This document shows, piece after piece, positions 53,417 through 61,247 of a stretch of DNA of 64,000 bases. The stretch lies in contig JBBRRY010000016.1 of assembly GCA_038245905.1 (NCBI GenBank), positions 4,955-68,954 on the forward strand, written 5' to 3'. A model generated the notes under the pieces. The model was given only the letters and a program-made list of their open reading frames with translations, had not been told where the DNA came from and made no database searches. The DNA is from Thermoanaerobaculia bacterium (GTDB taxonomy: Bacteria; Acidobacteriota; Thermoanaerobaculia; UBA5066). The position numbers were made by a program, and so were the translations under genes. How positions within the stretch are numbered: position 1 is the first letter of the stretch; every line of letters starts with the position of its first letter.

Positions 53417-56203
53417 TCAGAACGTGACCTTGACGCCCATCTGGAATTCGCGCGACGGGAGCGTCGCCGAGTAGTTGCCGTAGTTCGAGTTCGCCTTGTA
53501 CAGGGCCGCCGGGTTCGCGATCGTCGGGCCCGCGGTGAACTCGGCGTTGTCGATCGACGTGACGTCGTAGTTGACCGTGTTGAAGAGGTTGAACGCCTCG
53601 GCGAGGATCTCGAACCCGAAGCCCGAGAAGTTGAACGCCTTCGAGACGCGGAGGTTCAAGCTGCTGTAGCGGGGGCCGTCCTGGCCGAAGCGATCGACGC
53701 CGTCGAGACGGTCGCCCGTCTTGCCGTCACCGTTGTAGTCGTAGCCGCGGCGCTGGGTCCAGGGTTGTCCGCTGCCGTACTCGAAGACGGGCGCGACCGA
53801 GATCTGCCACGGGAGCCGGGCGACGCCCGAGACGACGATCCGCATGCGCTCAGTCGAGCGGGCGCGGCCGTATTCGGCGTCCATGTTCGCCGGGTCGCTC
53901 GGATAGCCCGTCGGGAACTCGGGGCTGAAGTCGTCGTTGATGTTGTGCTTGCTCGCGAACGTCACGGAAGCGGAGACGACATGTCCGCCCCGGATGTTGC
54001 CGTTCAGCGCGAAGACGACCGCCTTGTACTCCGAGCGGCCGTCGTTCGTGTACTCGTTGACCTGGTCGTACGCCGTGATCGGACGCGTATGCGTGGCGTT
54101 GCCGCTCCAGTTCACGTCGCGGATCGCGATCTCATTGCGCCCCTTCATGTAGACGCCCTCGACGTCGAGAAACAGTCCCGTCGACCCGAGCTTCGAGGTG
54201 AGGCCGAGTGTCGCCTGGGTGGACTGCGGGGCCTTGAGCTCCGGCGCGAGGAGTCCGATCGCGGGCTTGGACCTGATCCCGGTGTTTTGCGGGTTGTTCG
54301 GATCGAGCGTAAATTGCGGGAAACCGAGGAGTGCTCCGTTCGCGTTCGTGTACGTGATGCGGCCCGTGATGCCGTTCTGCTGGAGCTCCGAGAAGAGCGG
54401 CACCATCAGATAGCGGCCCGTGAAAAGACCGACGCCGCCGCGCGCGACAAACGCGCCCTTACCGTTGATGTCGTATGAGAAGCCAAGGCGTGGCTGGATG
54501 TTCGTCGAGTCGACCTTGCGGCCGTCGATCCCGAGAACCGGCTGCTTGAAGTCGGGGTCGTTGCCGTTCGTGTCGAGGTCGTACCGGACGCCGAGGCTGA
54601 TCGAGAGGTTGGTGATGGGGCGCCAGTCGTCCTGGACGAAGGCCCCGATCCGGTTCGTGTTCGCCGTCACGTCCGCCGAGCCGACGCCGTAGAGGTAGGC
54701 GTAGAGGAAAGCCTTCGTGTCCGTGAGGTAGTAGAAAAGCCCGGGCGAATACACGTCGATCACCGAACGGTCCACGACGCGCTGGAAGGCCGCGCCGATC
54801 TTGACGTCGTGCGTGCCCGCCTTTCCGCCGAAGTGGAGGTTCAGCGTGTCGCGAAGCTCCCACTGATTCCCATCGCCGAGGAGGTCGCCGTAGAGGCTCC
54901 CTCCCGTCTGAAGCGTGGTCCCGCCCGTGTACCACTCGGTGGGCGCCGTCGAGTTCGGCGGCTCGTCGTACTTGCGCTTTCCATACTGCGCACGGAGCTC
55001 GTTGACCGTGTTCGAGCCGAAAACCGCCGTGTCCCCGACCGTGACGTTCAGGTTGTCGCGATTGAGCTCCTGGCCGTTCGTGACGTCCGCGACGCCGCCG
55101 ACCCGGAAGTTGTTCTCACGGTAGCGGTCGTACTCGACCTTCGCCGTGAGCTGATTCGACTCCGTGAAGGACTGGTCGAGTCCGCCGTAAACGAGCGTCT
55201 GATGGAACGGGTGCTTGACGTCCGCCGCGAGCGGCTTGAAGGCGCCCTGCGGCCGGAAGAGGATTGGAGTCGTGGAGTTGATCTGCTCGAAGGACGCGAA
55301 GAAGTGCGTCCTGTCCTTGACGATCGGGCCGCCCACGGTGAAGCCAAACTGGTCGCGCTCGTAGCTGATGGTCGTGTCCTGCTCGAGAGCGCCCTTGGCG
55401 CGCAGCGCATCGCCGCGGTAGAAGCCGAAGAGCGAGCCCGCAAACGTGTTCGTGCCGGACTTCGTCAGGATCGAAAGCGCGCCGCCCGACGAGCCGCCGA
55501 TTTCGGCGTCGAAGCGGTTGTTGATGACGCGGAACTCCGAGATCGCGTCCTGCGAGAACTTCGTCTTCGCGAGGCCAAGCGCCGGGTCCGTGAAGTCGAC
55601 ACCGTCCACGAGAATCGTCGACTGGCTCGCGTTCCCGCCGCCCCCGATTACCGGACCGCCCGAGACGAACCGGAAGGCGCCGCGCTCGCGCTCGACGCCG
55701 GGCGCTACGAATGCGAGCCTCTGGAAGTCGCGGTCCGGCGTGGGGAGGTCCTGGATCTGCTGCGGCGTGATGTTCGTCGAGGAATCTGTCTTGTAGACGT
55801 CCACGAGCGGGGCCGACGCGACAACGCTGATGCTCTCGCTCCGCTTGCCCTGAAGCGTCGCATTCACGCGCGCGCTCTGACCGACGAGGAGGACGACGCC
55901 CTTCTGCTCGACGGTCTCGAAGCCCTGGAGCTTCACCGAAACGTCGTACGTGCCGGGCGGAAGCGCCGCAAACGATGCGAGGCCTCCCGCGCCGGTGACT
56001 CCCGTGCGGGAGAAGCCCGTCGACGGGCGCTTCAAGTCGACGGTCACGCCGGGAAGCGGCCCGCCGTTCCCGTCCAGGGCCACGACGTCGAGCGACGCCG
56101 TCGCCGTCTGTGCGACGGCAGGGAGCGACGCGAGCGTTAGAACCATTACGGCGGCGAGCGCGAGCCACCCGTGCGCCATCGCGAACCTCATGCGATTCAC
56201 CAT
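53417..56203 (-). CDS. TonB-dependent receptor-like outer-membrane protein with an N-terminal carboxypeptidase-regulatory-like (CarbopepD) domain
   Basis: The ATG at 56201-56203 gives MVNRMRFAMAHGWLALAAVMVLTLASLPAVAQ (signal peptide). VTVDLKRPSTGFSRTGVTGAGGLASFAALPPGTYDVSVKLQGFE is a CarbopepD_reg-like fold. A plug and a long beta-barrel follow, ending ...QMGVKVTF with a C-terminal Phe. Length is 928 aa. No obvious TonB-box was recognised by eye. Confidence 0.75.
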   Translation of the reverse strand: MVNRMRFAMAHGWLALAAVMVLTLASLPAVAQTATASLDVVALDGNGGPLPGVTVDLKRPSTGFSRTGVTGAGGLASFAALPPGTYDVSVKLQGFETVEQKGVVLLVGQSARVNATLQGKRSESISVVASAPLVDVYKTDSSTNITPQQIQDLPTPDRDFQRLAFVAPGVERERGAFRFVSGGPVIGGGGNASQSTILVDGVDFTDPALGLAKTKFSQDAISEFRVINNRFDAEIGGSSGGALSILTKSGTNTFAGSLFGFYRGDALRAKGALEQDTTISYERDQFGFTVGGPIVKDRTHFFASFEQINSTTPILFRPQGAFKPLAADVKHPFHQTLVYGGLDQSFTESNQLTAKVEYDRYRENNFRVGGVADVTNGQELNRDNLNVTVGDTAVFGSNTVNELRAQYGKRKYDEPPNSTAPTEWYTGGTTLQTGGSLYGDLLGDGNQWELRDTLNLHFGGKAGTHDVKIGAAFQRVVDRSVIDVYSPGLFYYLTDTKAFLYAYLYGVGSADVTANTNRIGAFVQDDWRPITNLSISLGVRYDLDTNGNDPDFKQPVLGIDGRKVDSTNIQPRLGFSYDINGKGAFVARGGVGLFTGRYLMVPLFSELQQNGITGRITYTNANGALLGFPQFTLDPNNPQNTGIRSKPAIGLLAPELKAPQSTQATLGLTSKLGSTGLFLDVEGVYMKGRNEIAIRDVNWSGNATHTRPITAYDQVNEYTNDGRSEYKAVVFALNGNIRGGHVVSASVTFASKHNINDDFSPEFPTGYPSDPANMDAEYGRARSTERMRIVVSGVARLPWQISVAPVFEYGSGQPWTQRRGYDYNGDGKTGDRLDGVDRFGQDGPRYSSLNLRVSKAFNFSGFGFEILAEAFNLFNTVNYDVTSIDNAEFTAGPTIANPAALYKANSNYGNYSATLPSREFQMGVKVTF

Positions 56204-56337
56204 CTCATCCTCCTGATGCCGCGCGGGCGGCCAAATCCCGAACACTCGGTATGTTTTGACGATACGAGCGAAGAAAGCGGGCTGTCAAGCCGAAACTACC
56301 CGGTCGCCTCCGAATGACAGCCCTCAGGGGAAGGCCT

Positions 56338-58200
56338 CTAGCGGCGCTCCCGGGCCCGCAACCGTCCCCGGTTTGCCAGCTTCTCGGTGAGCTGCAGGTT
56401 CCGCCGGATCTGCTCGAGCATCTTGGCCTCGAGGCCGCGACCCGCCGACACGCGCGTGTCACGCCTTTTGGCGCGGCCGAAGGCCTGGCGCGCGGCGCGC
56501 GCGTCCCCCAGCGCGAGGTACGCGAGGCCGAGGTGCGTGAGTCCCGTGGGCGTCTCGCCCAGGTCCGTGGCGCGGCGCAGGCACTCGACCGCACGATCGT
56601 ATTCGCGGCGCTTGTAGTGGACCCAACCCTTGGCGGCGAGAGGAAACTGGCGCATCTCCTTCGGCGAGAGCTTGAGCGAGAGATCGGCGAGCTCGAGGGC
56701 CGCGTCGAGGTCCTCCCCCATCTCCGCGAGAGTCGACGCCCTCTGAAAATAGGCGATCGAGCGCGCGTAGTTGGACTTCACGACGCCGAGCATCTCCTCG
56801 GCGACGCGGCTGCCTTCGCGAAATTTCCCCTCTGCCTTCAGGGCCTCGAGGAGCGTCGTGTACGCCGCCGCCGCGACCATCTCGCCCGGCGCGCGGGAGA
56901 GGACCCGGCGTGTCGTGGCGACCGCTTCCGACGTCCGGCCGACGGCCGAGCACAGGAGCGCGTACGCGATGAGAAGCGTCGGGTTCTCCGGGTCGAGCTT
57001 CAGCGCGCGCCGATACAGCGCCATCGCCTTCTGCGGATCGCGCGGCGCGGCCGTCTCCGCTTTCCGCGCGAGCACGGCCGCCTCGCCGACGACCTTCGGG
57101 AGCGCACGCGCGCCCGAGGGCGCGAGCAGCTTCGACGCCTCCTGGTATTCGATACGGTTGGGGTTCAGCTCGAGCGCCGCCTGGAACCGCTCGGCCGCCT
57201 TCTGCGTCCATCCGCGGTCGAGATAGCAGATGCCGAGCTGATAGAGGGCGTCCTCGTCGTCGGGATCGAGGCGCGCGGCCTTTTGAAAAGCCTCCGTGGC
57301 TTCCGTGAGGCGGCCGCGCTCGTACGCGATCGTGCCGAGGAGCGAGTACGCCTGCGCGTTCTCGTCGATCGCGACGGCCTTCTTGAGGAACGTCTCCGCC
57401 CTGGCGAGCTGCCCCTTGAGCGCAAAGAGCGCGCCGAGCGTGAAATAGGGCAGAAACGCGTCCGGCTTGACCGCGACCGCTTCCTTGAGAACCTCGAGCG
57501 CGTGGTCGGTGCGGCCGGCTTCGTTCTCGAGGACACCCGTGTACACGAGCGCGTCGAAGTGCTTCGGCTCCTTCGCGAGAACCGCCCGCAGCATCGAGGC
57601 GGCGCGATCCGTCTCGCCCTCGTTGAAATACGTCTCGCCGAGGAAGAACGCGAGATCGGCGTTCCCCCTGTCGAGCCGGTAGGCCTCCTCGAGCACCTTG
57701 ACCGCCTTGTCCGGGTCGAGCGCGTAGAACGCGAACTCCGCATCGGAGAGGAGTCCCTTGAAGCGCTCCCGCCGCTCTCCCGAAAAGCCGCCGAGCATCC
57801 TCTCCTTGCGCTCGAGGAAACGTTCGCGCTTCTCCATCGCGGTCATGTGATGGTCGACGCGCGTCTCCCAGAGGTCGAGCAGCTCTTCCTCGACGAGAAG
57901 CCCCTTTCGCTCGAGCAGGTCCTTGAGGGCAAGCAGCCCCGTCTGGGCGACGAAGCCGTTCTTCTCCTGCCGATTCAGGGCTTCGAGCAGCATCTTGAGG
58001 GTCTCGGCGCTTCGCTTGACGATCTCCTCGAGGACGCTGACGCGCTCGAGAAGGTGCTCGTCCATCGAGACGCCCTCTTCCTGCTGCGTGCCCTCTTCGT
58101 ACGCTTCAGAGGCTCCCGAGACGACGAGAAGCTTGCTCTGGCACTTGATGCAGTATTCACGCTCGAGCTCGTTCGAGGCCCCGCAGACCTGGCAGATCAC
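56338..58200 (-). CDS. Zinc-ribbon plus TPR-repeat protein
   Basis: The N-terminus [21 protein letters not shown] is a CxxC...CxxC zinc ribbon. At least 10 TPR-like repeats follow (for example [29 protein letters not shown]). Confidence 0.75.
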   Translation of the reverse strand: MICQVCGASNELEREYCIKCQSKLLVVSGASEAYEEGTQQEEGVSMDEHLLERVSVLEEIVKRSAETLKMLLEALNRQEKNGFVAQTGLLALKDLLERKGLLVEEELLDLWETRVDHHMTAMEKRERFLERKERMLGGFSGERRERFKGLLSDAEFAFYALDPDKAVKVLEEAYRLDRGNADLAFFLGETYFNEGETDRAASMLRAVLAKEPKHFDALVYTGVLENEAGRTDHALEVLKEAVAVKPDAFLPYFTLGALFALKGQLARAETFLKKAVAIDENAQAYSLLGTIAYERGRLTEATEAFQKAARLDPDDEDALYQLGICYLDRGWTQKAAERFQAALELNPNRIEYQEASKLLAPSGARALPKVVGEAAVLARKAETAAPRDPQKAMALYRRALKLDPENPTLLIAYALLCSAVGRTSEAVATTRRVLSRAPGEMVAAAAYTTLLEALKAEGKFREGSRVAEEMLGVVKSNYARSIAYFQRASTLAEMGEDLDAALELADLSLKLSPKEMRQFPLAAKGWVHYKRREYDRAVECLRRATDLGETPTGLTHLGLAYLALGDARAARQAFGRAKRRDTRVSAGRGLEAKMLEQIRRNLQLTEKLANRGRLRARERR

Positions 58201-59081
58201 GAGAGCCTCTCGCCTCCCGGGCCGTCATAGCGGTAGAAACCGCGCCCCGTCTTCCGGCCGTGCCAGCCCGCGTCGACCATCTGAACGAGGAGGGGGCAGG
58301 GGCGGTACTTGTCGTCACCGAGGCCCCCGTGAAGGACCCGCAGGATCGCGAGGCACGTGTCGAGGCCGATGAAGTCGGCGAGCGTCAGCGGTCCCATCGG
58401 ATGGTTCATGCCGAGCTTCATGATCCCGTCCACAGCGTCCGGCGTCGCGACGCCCTCGTGGACCGCGAAGAACGCCTCGTTCAGCATCGGGAGGAGGATC
58501 CGGTTCGAGATGAAGCCGGGGAAGTCGCGGCACGTGAGAGCGGTCTTTCCCATCTCGCGGGCGAGAGCGAGGATGGTGTCCGTCGTCTCGTCCGACGTCG
58601 CGATGCCGCGAATCACCTCGACGAGCGCCATGACGGGCACGGGGTTCATGAAGTGCATCCCGATGAAACGGTCGGGTCTCTTCGTGCCCGCCGCGAGCCG
58701 CGTGATCGAAATCGACGACGTATTCGTGGCGAGAATCGTCGCGGGCGGGACGAGCGCGTCGAGACGCGCGAACAGGTCCTTCTTGACGGCTTCATTCTCG
58801 AGGATGGCCTCGACGACGAGGCCGGCGTCGGCCAGCCGTCCGAGATCGGCCGTCGCGGTGACGCGCGCGAGCGCCGCGTCGCGATCGTCAGGACCGACCT
58901 TGCCTTTCTCGACCTGACGCGCAAGGTTCTTCTCGATCGTCTTCAGGCCCTTTCCCGCGAGGTCGGGGGTCACGTCGACGAGCACGACTCTCTTCCCGGC
59001 GAGCGCCGCGACGTGCGCGATGCCCGCTCCCATCTGTCCGGCGCCCACGACGCCAATCGTTGCCGGTGTCATCGAGTCCAC
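58197..59081 (-). CDS. 3-hydroxyacyl-CoA (3-hydroxybutyryl-CoA) dehydrogenase
   Basis: The Rossmann motif [14 protein letters not shown] and the FHB-dehydrogenase blocks [15 protein letters not shown] and HPMGPL are present. It overlaps the TPR gene stop (ATGA). Confidence 0.85.
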   Translation of the reverse strand: MDSMTPATIGVVGAGQMGAGIAHVAALAGKRVVLVDVTPDLAGKGLKTIEKNLARQVEKGKVGPDDRDAALARVTATADLGRLADAGLVVEAILENEAVKKDLFARLDALVPPATILATNTSSISITRLAAGTKRPDRFIGMHFMNPVPVMALVEVIRGIATSDETTDTILALAREMGKTALTCRDFPGFISNRILLPMLNEAFFAVHEGVATPDAVDGIMKLGMNHPMGPLTLADFIGLDTCLAILRVLHGGLGDDKYRPCPLLVQMVDAGWHGRKTGRGFYRYDGPGGERLS

Positions 59082-59123
59082 TTCTCCTTCGCGTGCGACG
59101 CGCGGCCGCTCGGCCCGAGCCTA

Positions 59124-60056
59124 TCAGGAGGCGGCGAGCACGAGGCGCGGCTCGCGAGAGACAGCGGCGTCGAGCGCCACTCCGATCCCGGCGAGAGACG
59201 AGAGTCCCCAGAGGAGCGGGCCGAGGACCGGAAGGAGAGACAGCAGCCCGAGGAGAAGAACGCCGGCCGCGAGCGCCGTCGGATCGCCGAACAGGAGGCT
59301 TCCGCGCGGAGCGCCCCTCGTGATCCGCCGCCCGAGCGCGACGAAAACGACCGTGAGGCCGAAGATCTTGGCGGCCACGAGCGCTGCGAGAAGAATGGCG
59401 CCCACGGCGAGCGCGGGCCGGGCCGGGAGGATGGACAGCGCGAAGGCCACGGAAAAGAACGCGGTCAGGATCGCGGTCGCGCCGAGCGCAGCCAGGAACG
59501 CGAGGCGGCTCGGAACATCGTCCGCGGCCCGGAGGAGCCGGCGGGGCGCGAGAAAGAGGAGACCGAAGGAGACCACGAGCCAGGCGAAGAGGAGGAAGAG
59601 CCTAAGCGAAAGGACCAGAGTCGAGGACTTGCCACGTGTCAGCGGCGAGGTTTCGAGCTCAGACAGGACCGCCGCCTCGAGCGCCGAGATCGTGCGGACA
59701 CGTCCGCGCACCTGCGGGTGGCCGTCGGAATTTTCTTCGAAGGTGAGGGAACCGCCAACCGCCAGCACGTCCCCGTCGATGACGGCGCCACGGAGGATCG
59801 TCGCGTCCGCGCCAAGGAGAACGAGATCGCGGCGAATGCGGCCCGACACAGTCGCGTGGGCTGCTCCGACGAGAACCGCGCTCCCTCCCAATTCTCCTTC
59901 CAAGAAAATCCTCTTCCCGAGAACCACGAGATCCCCGGAACGGGTCGTTCCCTTCGGAATGAGAATGGAGGCCTCTTCCGCGCGCGCAGATTGGGCGACC
60001 ATCAGAAGCAGAATGAATATCGCCCGATTACCCCGCGTGCGAATCCAGCGGTTCAT
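59124..60056 (-). CDS. Bactofilin-like (polymer-forming, beta-helical) domain fused to a C-terminal polytopic membrane region
   Basis: The signal/TM segment MNRWIRTRGNRAIFILLLMVAQSARA is followed by the repetitive beta-helix pattern GDLVVLGKRIFLEGELGGSAVLVGAAHATVSGRIRRDLVLLGADATILRGAVIDGDVLAVGGSL, and then 4-5 TM helices. Confidence 0.55.
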   Translation of the reverse strand: MNRWIRTRGNRAIFILLLMVAQSARAEEASILIPKGTTRSGDLVVLGKRIFLEGELGGSAVLVGAAHATVSGRIRRDLVLLGADATILRGAVIDGDVLAVGGSLTFEENSDGHPQVRGRVRTISALEAAVLSELETSPLTRGKSSTLVLSLRLFLLFAWLVVSFGLLFLAPRRLLRAADDVPSRLAFLAALGATAILTAFFSVAFALSILPARPALAVGAILLAALVAAKIFGLTVVFVALGRRITRGAPRGSLLFGDPTALAAGVLLLGLLSLLPVLGPLLWGLSSLAGIGVALDAAVSREPRLVLAAS

Positions 60057-60069
60057 CGGGGAGCCCGCG

Positions 60070-60606
60070 TCAGCCGCGGGGCGTGCCCGCGACGGCGCGC
60101 GCGAGACGCGACGGACGCCGGGACAGCCGCCGTGCCAGGATGGCAAACGTGGCGCCCGAGGCGAGAAGGGCGCCCGCAAGAGCCGCGCGGGCGCCCGGCG
60201 TGCCGGACAGCACTGCCCCGAGGGCGTCGGCGAGGGTGGGGATCGCAGCGAGCAGCGCAGGCAGCCCGGCCGTCGTGCCAGCCGCCATGACCCGCGCCCA
60301 CATCTCGAGAGCCGTCTGGGGTCCGAGCGACCAGAGAGGGGCGAGAAAGACGACCAAGCTGGCCGTCAGGAGTCCTCCGGCCGCCAGCGCAGGCGCCCTC
60401 CAGGCTCGAGCGCGACGGACCTCCCAGGGGGCAAAGGGGCGATGGGCCATTACCCGGGCGGTCAAGTCGGCCTCCCAGCCAGGTGCAGGAGAAGCCATAA
60501 CACATTCATCCAGAATGGTTTCCAGGCGACGATCCAGCTCCAGCTCCTCCATCGAAGTCGGATTAACGTCCGGGACGTCAGGGACGTGGGTGGCGCTATC
60601 GTTCAT
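60070..60606 (-). CDS. Putative anti-sigma factor (single-pass membrane protein)
   Basis: It sits immediately downstream of the ECF sigma gene (10-nt gap). It has a cytoplasmic helical N-domain MNDSATHVPDVPDVNPTSMEELELDRRLETILDEC, one TM helix (ALAAGGLLTASLVVFLAPLW) and a periplasmic tail. The call rests on position and topology only. Confidence 0.5.
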   Translation of the reverse strand: MNDSATHVPDVPDVNPTSMEELELDRRLETILDECVMASPAPGWEADLTARVMAHRPFAPWEVRRARAWRAPALAAGGLLTASLVVFLAPLWSLGPQTALEMWARVMAAGTTAGLPALLAAIPTLADALGAVLSGTPGARAALAGALLASGATFAILARRLSRRPSRLARAVAGTPRG

Positions 60607-60616
60607 CCTGACCCCT

Positions 60617-61207
60617 CTATACGATGTCTCTGGGCAAAAGATCTCGTAGTGCCTGCCGCGCCCGGAACAGCTTGTTCTTGACGGTACCGAGGGGCATCCC
60701 CTTGAGTTCCGCGATTTCCTCATAGGGCATCTCGCCGTAGTGGCGGAGACTGATGAGCTCGCGGTAATCGTCGGGAAGCCGGTCGATCGCCTCTGCGAGT
60801 GCCGTGCGAAGGCGTTGGCGCGTCAGCTCTTCGTGGGGGTTCGCGCGGGTTTCGGGAGGATCCACCGAACGCGCTTCTCCATCCTCGCCGGGCGGCCGCT
60901 CGAGCGGCAGTGTGCGCACGCGCCGCCGCCTCAGATGGTCGATCGCGGCGTTTCCGGCGATTCGAAAGAGCCAGGTCGAAAACTTGTAGTGCGGGTCGTA
61001 CGAGTCAAGGGCGCAATACACTTTAATAAAGACTTCCTGGGTGACGTCACGGGCATCTTCGACGTCGTACGTATACCTCTCCACATAGCGCGAGAGGCGC
61101 GTCCGGTAGCGGTCCACGAGGACGGCGAATGCGTCCGTGTCATGCGTCAACGCGAGCCGGACGAGCTCTGCGTCGTCGCGTTCTTGCGCGGATTTCACAG
61201 GCGGCAT
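60617..61207 (-). CDS. ECF (sigma-70 family, group 4) RNA polymerase sigma factor
   Basis: Region 2 (DARDVTQEVFIKVYCALDSYDPHYKFSTWLFRIAGNAAIDHLRRRR) and the region 4 HTH (LPDDYRELISLRHYGEMPYEEIAELKGMPLGTVKNKLFRARQALR) are present. Confidence 0.9.
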   Translation of the reverse strand: MPPVKSAQERDDAELVRLALTHDTDAFAVLVDRYRTRLSRYVERYTYDVEDARDVTQEVFIKVYCALDSYDPHYKFSTWLFRIAGNAAIDHLRRRRVRTLPLERPPGEDGEARSVDPPETRANPHEELTRQRLRTALAEAIDRLPDDYRELISLRHYGEMPYEEIAELKGMPLGTVKNKLFRARQALRDLLPRDIV

Positions 61208-61247
61208 CGTGCCACAGGGCGCCTCTTTCCTCGCGGGAGGAGACGCT

